From: Octopus sinensis
Taxonomy: Eukaryota
Direction of reading: 5' to 3'
Length of the DNA: 64,000 nucleotides
Assembly (NCBI RefSeq): GCF_006345805.1
Contig: NW_021833289.1
Coordinates: 1 to 64,000, forward strand
Shown here: positions 50,332-62,949 of the stretch, one piece after another
How the letters are laid out: each line of letters begins with the position of its first letter
How positions within the stretch are numbered: position 1 is the stretch's first letter
Notes under the pieces: generated by a model
The model's input: the letters and a program-made list of their open reading frames with translations, nothing else
What the model was told of the DNA's origin: nothing
The model's database searches: none
Translations under genes and position numbers: made by a program

Positions 50332-52079
50332 TTATTTATATAAGAAACAAGTTTCCACCAAGCAGAGGCATTGCATTGGAAATATAAAGATTTTTGAATT
50401 CAAATTTATTCAAACAGAACTGAATAAATTGCAAATTTTGTGTTAAATATGGGAAACAAAATACAAGATTTAATACTCTTAATGTTTTACTCTTTTACTT
50501 GTTTCAGTCATTTGACTGTGGCCATGCTGGAGCATCTGCCTTTATTCGAGGAAATCGACCCCAGGATTTATTCTTTGTAAGCCTAGTACTTATTCTATCA
50601 GTCTCTTTTGCTGAACCGCTAAGTTACGGGGATGTAAACACACAAGCATCATTTCTCAAGCGATGTTGGTGGGGACAAACACAGACACACAAACATGTCA
50701 TCATCGTCATCATTTAACGTCCGCTTTCCATGCTGGCATGGGTTGGACGATTTGACTGAGGACTGGTAAACCAGATGGCTGCATCAGACTCCAATCTGAT
50801 CTGATATGTATATATACACATATATTTACGTATGCATATATACGACAGGCTTCTTTCAGTTTCCGTCTACCAAATCCACTCACAAGGTTTTGGTTGGCCC
50901 GAGGCTATAGTAGAAGACACTTGCTCAAGGCACCATGCAGTGGGATTGAACCCAGAACCATGTGGTAGGTAGGGAAGCTACTTACCACACAGCCACTCCT
51001 GCGCCTATACTCCAGAATAGTATATAAATCACGGTCAGAGTCAAATATAGTAGAAAGGAGATTTGGTGTGCCAGGGTCCATCCTTTGGGTATATTGGTCC
51101 CTTAAAAAGAGGACTTAGTGGACAGAAACAGACAGAGAGAATGCGAAGAAGGACTTGTGGAAAGTAGGAGGAGAAGGTGGCAATAAAGAGCTTGTGTGAC
51201 TGTGGTTAAGAAGCTTGCCTGGCAACCACGTGGTTTTTGGTTCAATCTTACTATACAACACCTTGTGCAAGTATCTTGACTGGCTTCCGTGCCTGTGGTA
51301 CGTAAAAAGCAGCAGCCGATCATGGCCGTTGCCAGCCTCCCCTGGCATCTGTGCTGGTGGCACGTAAAAAGCACCCACTACACTCACGGAGTGGTTGGCG
51401 TTAGGAAGGGCATCCAGCTGTAGAAACACCGCCAGATCAGACTGGAGCCTGGTGCAGCCTCCTGGCTTCCCAGACCCCGGTCGAACTGTCCAACCCATGC
51501 TAGCATGGAGAACGGACGTTAAACGATGATGATGATGATGATGATGTGTTTGTCTTTGGAATGTTTTACCATAAGTTTCTAGGGTGAAAGAGCACAGTAT
51601 AGTATTGTATCAGAAAGAGGAAGTCATTTGGTGAGCAGGAGTAAAGTTGTGATGGTGAGACTAAGTGACTAATGTAACTTTTAAAGTTTCCTTTATTTTT
51701 TCTTTTCTTTTTTTTTTGTTTTGAAATATTCAGAAAACAGGAAATAATATAAAAACTGGTGGGGGGTGGGGTGGAATGTTTAGATTTCTCTTCGACCAAA
51801 TATCTGTCATTTTTGATATATATATTTTGATAAACAATGAACTGTACTAAATGCCAAGCGTACCCGCACCCCAACTCCCTGTGAGGGTGGGGGCAAAATT
51901 AGTTTTAACGGGTGTGAAGGAGACTCCAGGTTATGTTTTAGTTTTAACAGCTGTTTATAAAAATGTTAGCTTGAGATTAAGGGGTGTATAAAGGGAACAG
52001 GATTTAGTTTAGACAGATTAACAGGTGTATATTAGGGTATGTATACATACACATATACACACATACCCATATACCCACC

Positions 52080-52193
52080 TACGTACATACATATATATAT
52101 ATATACATATACATATATATATATTATATATATACATATACATATATATATATATATATATATACATATACACACATATATATATATACATAT

Positions 52194-52265
<72 letters not shown>

Positions 52266-52369
52266 TGTATATATATGTATGTATACATATATATGTATAT
52301 ATATATATGTATACATATATATGTATACATATATATGATATATATATGTATATATATAATATATATATA

Positions 52370-52400
<31 letters not shown>

Positions 52401-52418
52401 CATATACATATATAGTAT

Positions 52419-52449
<31 letters not shown>

Positions 52450-52460
52450 GTATATGTATA

Positions 52461-52500
<40 letters not shown>

Positions 52501-52505
52501 GTATA

Positions 52506-52546
<41 letters not shown>

Positions 52547-52630
52547 ATATATATATATATATATATAGTATATATAATATATAGTATATATAGTATATAT
52601 ATATTATATATATATATATATATATATGGA
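52080..52630. repeat. ~550-bp degenerate (TA)n tract
   Basis: Direct read. Confidence 0.97.
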
Positions 52631-53655
52631 GAGAGAGAGAGATGTGTACATATATATACACACACATACCTATATACCTATATATATGTATGTATAATGA
52701 GGGTATATTAACATTAATTACTGCTACAGTCTGTCAGTGCAGTGTTAGTTTAAACAGCTGCGGAAGACTTGCAGAGGCCAACGATAACCTGTATCTTACC
52801 TAGGCGCTAGGCCAGTTATCCAAAGGCGAGTGGAGTGTGTGTGTGTTTGTCTGTGTGTGCACTGGAGTCGATCTAATTGACTGCTCCCCGCCCCCCACCC
52901 AAATTGCAGGCCTTGTGGCTAGAGTAGAAAAGATTATATATGTAGTATTAGACAGAACGCTTACGGAATTAATGTACAAGTGGCTGAGCACTCCACAGAC
53001 ACGCATACAAGTGTCTTCTACTACAGCCTCGGGTCGACCAAAGCCTTGTGAGTGGATTTGGCAGACGGAAACTGAAAAAAGCTCGTCGTATATAAATGTA
53101 TATATATGTATGTGTGTGTGTGTATATGTTTGTTTGTCTGTGTTTGTTCCCCCAACATTGCTTGACAACCGATGTTGGTGTGTTTGCATCCCCGTAACTT
53201 AGCAGTTTGGCAAAAGAGACTGATAGAATAAGTACTAGGCTTGCAAAGAATAAGTCCTGGAGTCAATTTCCTCAACTAAAGGCGGTGCTCCAGCATGGCC
53301 ACAGTCACATGGCTGAAACAAGTAAAAGAGTAAAGAATAAAGATATTTTCTGCAGACTGCCGAGAACATCAAGAAATCAGCTGGTAAAACTTTGACTGTT
53401 GCCATACCGAAAGATTGCCAAACAGAACGAGAATTTTGAAAGAATCTATCAAACGGTAATTTCAGTTGTTTAAAATGTAAAAACGAATATTTTTTTTGTT
53501 TTTTAATCGAAGAAAAGTATAATGGAATTAAAAATATTTTATTTTGCTCACTCTCAGTCGCAACACCATAATATTTACGCAGCACTGTATCAGAAGTAAA
53601 ACCTTATATTTATTTCAATTTTTTTTTGGTCTTGAGTTGGTGATGAAAATATGGG

Positions 53656-54123
53656 GTAAGACTTCTGCCCCCCCACAAAAAAAACCCCACCCTTTGAAAA
53701 AAAATTTTTCTATTTCAACACAAACCCTGCTTTTTAGCTACAGGGAATACGAATCTGCAAAAAAATTGGCAAAAATCGACATTTCTAAATTACCACCCAC
53801 ACCCCCATTTCCTTCATTTTTAACTTTTTTCACAATTTTTTTTTTTAAATATGCGGAAAAAATACAGACATCATGATTTGGACAAAAATTTCAAAACATT
53901 TCTGTACTTATGGTTACGGGGTTAGGGTTTTAGGGTTAGTGTTGGAGAAAAAAGTCAAAATTGAAGAAGGTGGGGAAGGGGGGAAAAAATTTCACAATGC
54001 CAATTTTTGGCAATTTTCCGGAACCTCCGTATCCGAAAACAGGTATTTTTGGCAAAAAAAAAAATTACAAACATAAACAAATTTGGGAGAAAATGGGGGT
54101 AGGATGGGAGTGGAAGTCTTTCC
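53656..54123. mobile_element. Mutator-like MITE (9-bp TSD)
   Basis: Termini gtaagacttc...gaagtctttcc; flanks aaatatggg / aaatatggt (8 of 9). Confidence 0.75.
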
Positions 54124-54599
54124 AAATATGGTTAGTGAAAATCATTTTGGTGAGAATTGTTAATATAAATCAGGTGTTAATACATTCTTGTTGCTTTTCT
54201 TTTTTTCTCTTAATTTAATTTTTGTGTTGTAGAGAATGGCAAAAATATGAAGAAGAAAAAACACGAAAAATAACAAAAAATAGATTAATCGCGAAATATA
54301 CAATTAAGGGTGGTGGGGGGGGGGTAAGAATTTTCTTTCTTTTTAAATGCGAATTTCATGCGTTTCAGAATTGTGGAATATAATAAAATGACGAAAAATA
54401 AGGAAAAAAAAAACCCAATCTCTTACTCATTGTTTTGAAAAATGTGACAGAAAATTTTGGAAAAATCCCAAAACTGACAGACATTCCGAAAGTCCTGTTC
54501 TGTGACGAGACTTTACTGTTTAAAGACTTTCATAGATTAAAAGTGCACAGCCTGCTCCGATTTATGGTAGTCTGCTGAGGTCGTTGAGAGTGAGGTATG

Positions 54600-55095
54600 G
54601 GAAAGACTTCCGCCCGTCCCCACCCCCCATTTTCTCCCGAATTTGTTTATTTTTGTAATTTTTTTTTTTTCCAAAAATCCCCGTTTTCGGATACAGAGGT
54701 TCTGGAAAATTGCCAAAAATCAGCATTGTGAAATTTCACCCCTTCCCCCAACTTCTTCAATTTTGAGTTTATTCCCCCAACACTAACCTTAAAACCCTAA
54801 CCTTAACCCTAAAACCCTGACCCTAACACTAAAACCGTAACCATAAGATACTGAAATGCTTTGAAATTTTTGTCCGAATCATGATGTCCATATTTTTCCG
54901 CATATTTAGAAAAAAATAATTGTGAAAAAAAGTTTAAAATGAAGGAAATAGGGGTGGGGGTGGTAATTTAGAAATGTTGATTTTTGCCAATTTTTTTGCA
55001 GATTCATATTCCCCGTAGCTGTAAAGCGAGGTTTGTGTCGAAAAAATTTTTTTTTTAAGGGTGGGGTTTTGGGGGGGGGGGTGCAGAAGTCTTGC
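54600..55095. mobile_element. Mutator-like MITE (9-bp TSD), inverted relative to 53656-54123
   Basis: Termini ggaaagacttc...gaagtcttgc; perfect TSD tgaggtatg at 54591-54599 and 55096-55104. Confidence 0.8.
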
Positions 55096-55384
55096 TGAGG
55101 TATGTTTATACCTCGATATTGGTCTACAAGGTGTTTGTATGACAAAACACCTCGTTCACACTTTTTTTCAGCCCAGCTTCTTTATCTGTTTATGAGGGAT
55201 GGTTGTATGGGAAAATGATGTCGTATACCAATACCGAAGGATTGCCCTAGTGACGTTTTATATTTAAATATCATATATAAATGATGTGCACATACACAAT
55301 ATATGTGGTTGACATGCAGTTTACCGGCGCAAAAAAAGTGAAAGTAAATGGTCCTAAAACACTGGAAGGGACGTTAGTCACATA

Positions 55385-55442
55385 CAGTGATCCCTCGATA
55401 CTTTGCAGTTCAACTATCGCAGATTCATGACTTCGCAGATTT

Positions 55443-55484
<42 letters not shown>

Positions 55485-56222
55485 CGTCTAAAACTTTTCA
55501 TTAAATCCATTAAAATATTAATAATAAATATTATTTCCTAGTCTAGGAACAACAAAACAAGCGTAAAATAGCCAAAAAGCATATACAGGGGTATTTGAAC
55601 TTCAGACGGGCTGTAATTGGTGCAATGGAGAGAGACGACGAATCACAGCTTTCTATTTTGTAATCTGGCCTGTGTAACAGTAACAATCTTTATTTTTTTA
55701 AATCTAAAGGGTTACTGCTTAACAGTTGTCCTTGTTATTAATAGACTAGTGTAATGGGAGGGTTGTTAACAGTACAGGGAGGGTTTTAAAGTCCAAATAC
55801 ATGTTAAATAAATACTGTAAATATGGACTTGTGCCGGTGGCACATAAAAAGCACCATCCGAACGTGGCCGATGCCAGCGCCGCCTTGGCTGGCTTCCGTG
55901 CCGGTGGCACGTTAAAAGCACCAACCGATCGTGGCCGATGCCAGACTCCCCTGGCACCTGTGCAGGTGGCACGTAAAAAGCACCCACTACACTCGCAGAG
56001 TGGTTGGCATTAGGAAGGGCATCCAGCTGTAGAAACACTGCTAGATCAGACTGGAGCCTGGTGCAGTCCCTGGCTTCCCAGACCCCGGTCGAACCGTCCA
56101 ACCCGTGCTAGCATGGGAGATGGACGTTAAACGATGATGATGATGGTGTCCCTACTTCGCGGAAATTCAGTTATCGCGGCCGGTCTCAGAACCAATCTAC
56201 CGCGATAAACGAGGGATCACTG
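55385..56222. mobile_element. Tigger/pogo-type MITE with nested RTE-type tail element (~55825-56146)
   Basis: TA|CAGTGATCCCTCG...CGAGGGATCACTG|TA. Confidence 0.85.
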
Positions 56223-56301
56223 TACCAACATTTGATAAAAGGAATTATAAAGAATTGCGGCCCCGATTGCACTCGCAAAAACACTTCAGCTCATTATAAA
56301 G

Positions 56302-56567
56302 CAGTGGTTCCAAAACTTTTAGGGGCTGCTCCCCCCCCCACCGTTGATACTCGACCCACATTTATAGCGCCCCCACCCCAGTCAGCATCACTTCCTGCAG
56401 ATTTTCAAAACAACAGTATTTCACAAATAACCTAATTATCCCATTATTTTCTTCAATCGCCCCCCCTTTTGGCCACCCTATTATTGCCCCCACTTTCCTT
56501 CAACGGCCCTCTTGATCTTTCCGCCGCCCCCAGAGGGGCAGTACTGTCCCACCTTTGGGAACCACTG
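56302..56567. mobile_element. hAT (Charlie-like) MITE
   Basis: TIRs cagtggttcc(a)aaa / tttgggaaccactg; perfect 8-bp TSD ttataaag at 56294-56301 and 56568-56575. Confidence 0.9.
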
Positions 56568-56805
56568 TTATAAAGCATCGCATGTTGCCAGGAACACTTT
56601 TGATATCCAATACGGGACTTTCGGTAACTTCTATATTCTTGGAATTGTCAATTATTCCCTCAATTTTGTTGATCCAAACGTTGACAGTTTCCATAGAAGG
56701 TTTCCGGGATGGTCGCCAAAAGAGTAAGTTAAGCGAAAGTATTGGGTTGTCCGTCGTCACTTCCGGGTTTTAAGGACAATTAACGATGTTAAGCTGTATG
56801 TTATA

Positions 56806-57206
56806 TCTTTATATATAAAACTGTTGTTGTGTGAGTGTCTGTCCCCTTCGATTTAGATTCCTAACTACTCCCACATTTTGCGGTGCAGTTTAACCAAAAC
56901 CGGGTATCTTATAGTCGTGATTCATATCAAGCCCTTCTGGGTATTAGCGCGCGTCTACGATGAGTCTACGATTTAAAAAAAAATTTACCATAATTTTTTT
57001 CCATTTTAAAGCATTTTTTCGCTATTATATAAGGGAAGTAACTCTCTAAAAATGTCTACGATGAGTCAACGATTTAAAAAAAAATTTTCCATCATTTTTT
57101 TCCATTTTTAATGCATTTTTTTGCTATTTTTTGGCTATAACTCTCTAAAAATGCTTATATAGTTATTTCCCTTACAAACCCGAGCAACGCCGGGCGATAC
57201 TGCTAG
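56806..57206 (+). mobile_element. Non-autonomous Helitron (same subfamily as 49929-50331)
   Basis: A|TC...cccgagcaacgccggg...CTAG|T; near-identical body. Confidence 0.9.
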
Positions 57207-57821
57207 TAGATATATACAATACTCATGAATGATATATAAATCGTTATTTTAATCTAATGCTGTCTCAAATATGTCTATCGATATACATATCTGAGACAAC
57301 ATTAGATATAAGTCTAGAAAGTGTGACCACCCCCACTGACTTCGTTTTCGGCATAGCTACAGCCGTGTGCTTCAGCCATCAACTTTATTTCCTCATAACT
57401 TTCTGAAAAGAGGATATTTCTAAATACAATTCCGAAACGATTGTAACCAACACCATCGAAAACGTGTTGATAGAAAACTTTATTATGCAAACAACAAAAT
57501 ATGCTTCAACACACGAACTCATATAAAGAATCTTGCAAACCAAATTCAAAATATTTTTCTTAAAGTTATAAGGAAACAAAATTGATCTGTGTGAATTTCG
57601 ATATGACCCTTACCTCATATAATTCAATACCTCCTGAACCTATACCAGTTAAAATGTATCTCTGGAAAGTTTCATTAAAAAAAAAATGCATTTTCAGAAA
57701 GTTATTAAGAAAGAAAGTCGGGACACACATCTGTAGTTATGCCTAGGTAGGTTATAAAAAGACCCTAGATTATTTATAATGCGAAACGTTGTTCGCTATA
57801 GGAATATCTCAGAGTCTTTAA

Positions 57822-58052
57822 GGGCGGCGAGCTGGCAGAAACGTTAGCACACCGGGCAAAATGCTTTGCAGTATTTCGTCTGCCGCTACGTTCTGAGTTC
57901 AAATTCCGTCGAGGTCAACTTTGCCTGTCATCCTTTCGGGGTCGATTAAATAAGTACCAGTTACGCACTGGGGTCGATATAATCGACTTCATCCGTTTGT
58001 CTGTCCTTGTTTGTCCCCTCTATGTTTAGCCCCTTGTGGGTAGTAAAGAAAG
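57822..58052 (+). mobile_element. SINE family B with 15-bp TSD
   Basis: atatctcagagtctt at 57804-57818 and 58053-58067 flanks a full copy. Confidence 0.9.
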
Positions 58053-58959
58053 ATATCTCAGAGTCTTCCCTTTAAAGACTGTGGGTTAAAAAAGAACAAA
58101 ACCAGCCTGCTCCGAATGATGACGGTCCGCTGACCGTCGCTGAGAACAAACTGTATTTTTAACAACAAAGTCTTTAAATAGGAGCTTCTCTGAGACAAAT
58201 TCCTACAGCTAGTATCGTTTTATGTTTGGACATACACTGTATATAAATGATAGATATTATACATAAATTGTGTACACTATATAAATGATATAAATTGTTA
58301 TTTTAATCTAATGCTGTCTCCTAGAGCATATATCGATCTAACTTTTCCTATGTTACAGACGTGTAGTCACCACGGAATATTTCATGAGAAGTTGTGAGAT
58401 CTATTATTATTCGTGGTAACTGTTTTAGTTGAGAGTTAACAACTGCTGTCTTTGTAAAACTTAAAAATACGAATGTAATTACAATTTAATTAATATGTGT
58501 TGTGTATAGGCGGTAATTAGATTTAAATCATGGTAATACATCGTAATCAAATTTCTCTGGTTTGTCTATTCTGTGTAATTGAGTAATTAATACCGAGAAA
58601 TTTGGGATTTACCACAGAAGCAGTCTTTTTCATATTTTTCCGGTGACATATTTTAAAAAAAATGATCTAGAATTAGTTCTCAGAATCACATGATAATAAA
58701 TTATACTTCCCTGCGAAAAGCCGGGATGGTCATGTCAAGAAAATCTTTGGTCATAGGTCTGCTCAATGAGGGCCGACTTGGAGTTAATTAACAACACCCA
58801 CAATGATAAAACTATAAAAGTAAAACAGGGAACCTCAACGCAGTCATTGTTTACTGGAAATAGCAGCCAAATCTCCCTCAATCATACACTACTGTCTTAA
58901 AAACAAAAAGACACGTTCGAAGATATGGTTCGTGGGTTCACTGTGCATAGGTCAGGTCG

Positions 58960-59636
58960 CTCTTGAACGTTACTGGTAACATGTAACCCAGCACAACCTG
59001 TCGCATGGTCGGGTCGTCGGGGACTAAACTGGTAACCCCATCAAGCTTGCTTGGTGAGGAGGGTGATTGTTGGACACCCTGCAGGACGAAGAATAAGACC
59101 CATCAAAGGGCAGAAGACCTACTGTGTAGTCAATGGCCAATTCAACAAGAACCTTGTCGTGGTGAAGTGCCTATGTGATCCATTGACCCGGAGAGATATG
59201 CTTGGAGGGAGAGAATTTTCCAGGCAGGTCTTACCAGGCCAGACAGGTCGAAGGGTAGGAGACAGACAAAACCTTAACGACAATAAATCGAAGCGTCAGC
59301 TGCAGGTCGCGGATTTAGTTATCGGCAGGGGACCCAACAGGTCAGATTCCTGGCTTTGAACCAGCAGGATGTCATGCAGAGGATCTTGAATACAAGGCAA
59401 TGGATGAGACCCTAATATTCCTAGATAAATGGAAACTGCGGGACCACATGGAGCAGCGATCTGTGACTCGTATAGTATGCGCAACCGAAACCCCTACTGG
59501 GGCGTCCTATGGGACGACCTAGATGAGACACTACGCATTAGAAGAAAGACGAGACGATCAAGGCTGGTATATCTTTCGTTATAAGTCTGTTCAATTTGGA
59601 CAGGCCTGGGACTCAGCGACAATAAACTACATACAC
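58960..59636 (+). mobile_element. Internally deleted RTE-like LINE (5'-UTR-like part joined to RT C-terminus)
   Basis: GC-richer unique sequence; decayed frame KWKLRDHMEQRSVTRIVCATETLLGRPMGRPR resembles the W.GHV.R...GKRP.GRPR end of RTE RTs. Confidence 0.5.
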
Positions 59637-59637
59637 G

Positions 59638-59856
59638 TGTACTCTTTACTCTTTTACTTGCTTCAGTCATTTGACTGCGGCCATGCTGGAGCACCGCCTT
59701 TAATCGAGCAACTCGACCCCGGGACTTATTCTTTTGTAAGCCCAGTACTTATTCTATCGGTCTCTTTTGCCGAAGCGCTAAGTAACGGGGACATAAACAC
59801 ATCAGCATCGGTTGTCAAGCAATGCTAGGGGGACAAACACAGACACACAAACACAC

Positions 59857-59904
<48 letters not shown>

Positions 59905-60046
59905 GGCTTCTTTCAGTTTCCGTCTACCAAATCCACTCACAAGGCTTTGGTCGGCCCAAGGCTATAGTAGAAGACACTTGCCCAAAGTGCCAGGCAGTGG
60001 GACTGAACCCGGAACCATGTGGTTGGGATGCAAGCTACTTACCACA
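59638..60046 (-). mobile_element. SINE family A
   Basis: Reverse complement of the family A consensus. Confidence 0.88.
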
Positions 60047-60414
60047 ACTTTTCTGAACCAAGGAATCCATTACAATATAAAAGTCTATTTTGTTTTTCTA
60101 AAAATATTCCAACCTTTCTCAACCCGTAACTTTTTTTTTAAATATTTTCTGGAAAAGGTGAATTATCTTCTGAATTATCTTCCAAGTTGAAGAAATTTTA
60201 GAATTTCCCCCGAAACTTGGAATTTTCAGCAGGTGCAGTCAAACAGAGAAGATCCCCAATTCCTTCGTTTTCCTCCAAGAAGTCAACTCTCCTTTTCAAT
60301 ATTTTCAATGATTTCTTCCTCTCGCTCGTACCTCTATTGTCTCTACTCACAAATATCCAAACGGAGATTCTTCGTCATCCCACCGCAACGCTACGAAGGC
60401 AATCGTTTTATATA

Positions 60415-60963
60415 TCTCTCTCTATATAAAGCTGAAGTTGTCTGTATGGCCGGTTTGGTAGACTTCAACTAACACCATCTCCTCCGAGACCCTGCGGCAC
60501 AAGTTGACCAAAATTGAGAGTATGATAGAAGAAGGCTTGCTCTTCCTTCCGTAGAAGAAAAAATTCAAATCGGACCATGTTAACAAGCTGAAGTTGTCTG
60601 TGTATGGCAGGTTTGGTTGACTTCAACTAACACTATCTCCTCCGAGACCCTGCGGCGCAAGTTGACCAAATTTGAGAGTATGGTAGAAGAAGGCTTGCTC
60701 TTCCTTCCGTAGAAGAAAAAATTCAAATCGGACCATGTTAACACAAAAAATTATTTACATCAAAAAGGTGCTTTTTTTCTATGAAAATCCCTATTTCTTT
60801 ACGATTTTTTTACTGCTGTGTCGCCACTTTTTGGTGTATTTCAACCAGAAAAATGTTCACTTAAAGAGAATAACAAGCTACAAAATGCCAAATTTTCACT
60901 TTTCAAAAATTCCAATTCTAAAGGATCGAAACAAACCCGAGCAACGCCGGGCGATACTGCTAG
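60415..60963 (+). mobile_element. Non-autonomous Helitron with internal ~157-bp tandem duplication
   Basis: A|TC...cccgagcaacgccggg...CTAG|T; aagctgaagttg...ggaccatgttaaca occurs twice (~60429-60585, ~60585-60744). Confidence 0.88.
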
Positions 60964-61333
60964 TTATTATATATAATCACAAACCACTTCAAATATGTTT
61001 GAGGCATTTCGAACCCATAAGAAAGCCACGGAGTAGAGAAATTTTCTCCCTACGCAAAAGTTTTTCCATCGCAAAATACAGCGACTGGCTTTCTTACGGG
61101 TCCAAGCATATTTGAACTGGTAACAAGTTTGTAATTATGGACATCACTCATTTACTAAGCAGTGTCATCGCGTACAATATAATAATATAAATATTTGCTT
61201 CTCAACGATATAGTTCCGGGTTCAGAACTACTGCGTAGAAGGCACCGTGGGAGAATATTTACTGCAACAGGTTCGGGCCGACCAAAGAAGCCTCATGAGT
61301 GTATTTAGTAGAGGGAAACTGAAAGTATATATA

Positions 61334-61372
<39 letters not shown>

Positions 61373-61419
61373 ATAGACTTCACTGAAATTTAGATATATA
61401 CATTGCGAGTCGAGAAAAA

Positions 61420-61637
61420 TATCGTCAGCTGACGAAGGACAATCATCCTGAAACACGTGTCCCTAGATGCAGCCCCGGGCGGCTGGGGGGGGGGTTGTTG
61501 TCTCCCCTTCGTAAATGTATATAAGGACACAGGAAAAATGTGTCAAAGCCATCAGGAAGCGTCGATGCTTCCTAGGGCTAAACAGCGGTGGTGTAACCCC
61601 CTACTGTCACGTTCACGTTAGATTGACAGTATACAAC

Positions 61638-61642
<5 letters not shown>
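61420..61642 (+). mobile_element. Short hammerhead-bearing element (Penelope-like/retrozyme-like)
   Basis: ataaggacacagga...atgtgtcaa..ggaagcg..cttcctagggctaaa...ctgtcac...gattgacagtatacaac matches the reverse complement of 3015-3150; (TA)n lies on both sides. Confidence 0.7.
61429..61461 (+). ncRNA. Minimal type-I hammerhead core, helix I disrupted
   Basis: CUGACGA-AGGA CAAUCA UCCU-GAAA-CACGUG-UC: intact core, 4-bp helix II, palindromic ACACGUGU helix III. Confidence 0.65.
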
Positions 61643-61681
<39 letters not shown>

Positions 61682-61776
61682 GAATAAGATCGTTAATTTA
61701 AAAATAAAATAACGATTTTATCAAGTGGTCAGCATGGAAAAAATAATCTTCAAAGGTAATAATTATTTTAAATTAT

Positions 61777-62058
61777 AAATAATAATAATAAATTAGGGTA
61801 TCTACGAGATACCACCATGCTGAAAATAGCAGCCATGATCTGACTCTAAAACCACTTTAATTGTCCATATAGCAACACGGAGAGAAAATAAAGAGAGACA
61901 AGATGAAACTACAGCAATTTTTTACTAGTTTCATCTTGTCTCTTTGTCTTTTCTCCGTGTTGATATTTGGACAATTAAGGTGGTTTTAGAGTCAGATCAT
62001 GGCTGCTATTTTCAGCATGGTGGTATCTCGTAGATACCCTAATTTATTATTATTATTT
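61777..62058. repeat. Inverted repeat, ~135-bp arms, 14-nt loop
   Basis: aaataataataataaattagggtatctacgagatacc...gatgaaacta / tagtttcatc...ggtatctcgtagataccctaatttattattattattt; a few mismatches near the loop. Confidence 0.92.
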
Positions 62059-62562
62059 CCTGAAGAAATCAAGTGGTGGTGTGTAGTTGAAGATAAGGTG
62101 TCTCCGCCGACTGATTTATTTCGTAAAAAATAAAAAAAAAACAGAAATGCAAATTTGGAAATGACCTTTAGGAGAAGCAGTCGAAGAGGTCAACAGACTT
62201 AGTGGCGGGACAGATATTAGGAAAAACGAAGACGTGGGAGCTTGAGTAAGCAGCGCCGATTCTTTGCTGGAATTCAATGCGATCTTGTGTCCAAATGACC
62301 GTTTCTGCTTAAATAGAAACCTCATTAATTCTGTCTTGGGGGAAAGAAAGAGAGAGAGAGAGAGACAGACAGACAGAAGCCTTCGGTTTATTTTTTATGC
62401 TGTTTTCTTTTTGTTTGTTTGTTTGAAAGAATAAATTCAAACCAGATGATTTTTGCTTTATTTCGAATATTAATATATTTACGTATGTCACGTTTTGCTA
62501 TTTGTCTGTATGTATACATTTGTGTATGAATTTCTCTGAACCAAAGAATCTATTACATTCGC

Positions 62563-62940
62563 TGGAGTGGCTGTGTAGTAAGTAGCTTGCTTACCAACCA
62601 CATGGTTCCGGGTTCATTCCCACTGCGTAGTACCTTGGGCAAAGTGTCTTCTACTATAGTTTCGGGCCGACCAAAGCCTTGTGAGTGGATTTGGTAGACG
62701 GAAACTGAAAGAAGCTCATCGTATATATGTATAATATATATGTGTGTGTATATGTTTGTGTGTCTGTCCCCCAACATCGCTTGACAACCGATGGTGGTGT
62801 GTTTATGTCCCCGTAACTTAGCGGTTCGGCAAAAGAGACCGATAGAGTAAGTAATAGGCTTACAAAGAATAAGTCCTGGAGTCGATTTGCTCGACTAAAG
62901 ACAGTGCTCCAGCATGGCCACAGTCAAATGACTGTGAAAA
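62563..62940 (+). mobile_element. SINE family A
   Basis: Full head-to-tail copy. Confidence 0.9.
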
Positions 62941-62949
62941 GAGAGATCT

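Noticed and set aside
52018-52711. Long Tyr/Ile-rich ORFs (and similar poly-amino-acid ORFs across the window)
   Set aside because: Translations of (TA)n, (CA)n, (CAT)n, (TAA)n and (CT)n microsatellites.
53356-53455. PDZ-like TAENIKKSAGKTLTVAI between good splice signals
   Set aside because: All three frames stop inside the 100-nt segment, and the acceptor abuts a SINE tail; too weak without RNA data.
54780-54845. Interstitial telomere
   Set aside because: The degenerate CCCTAA units are an internal part of a MITE present twice in the window.
55172-55250. SH3/PH-like VYEGWLYGK after a strong acceptor
   Set aside because: Short, stop-terminated, with no supporting neighbouring exons.
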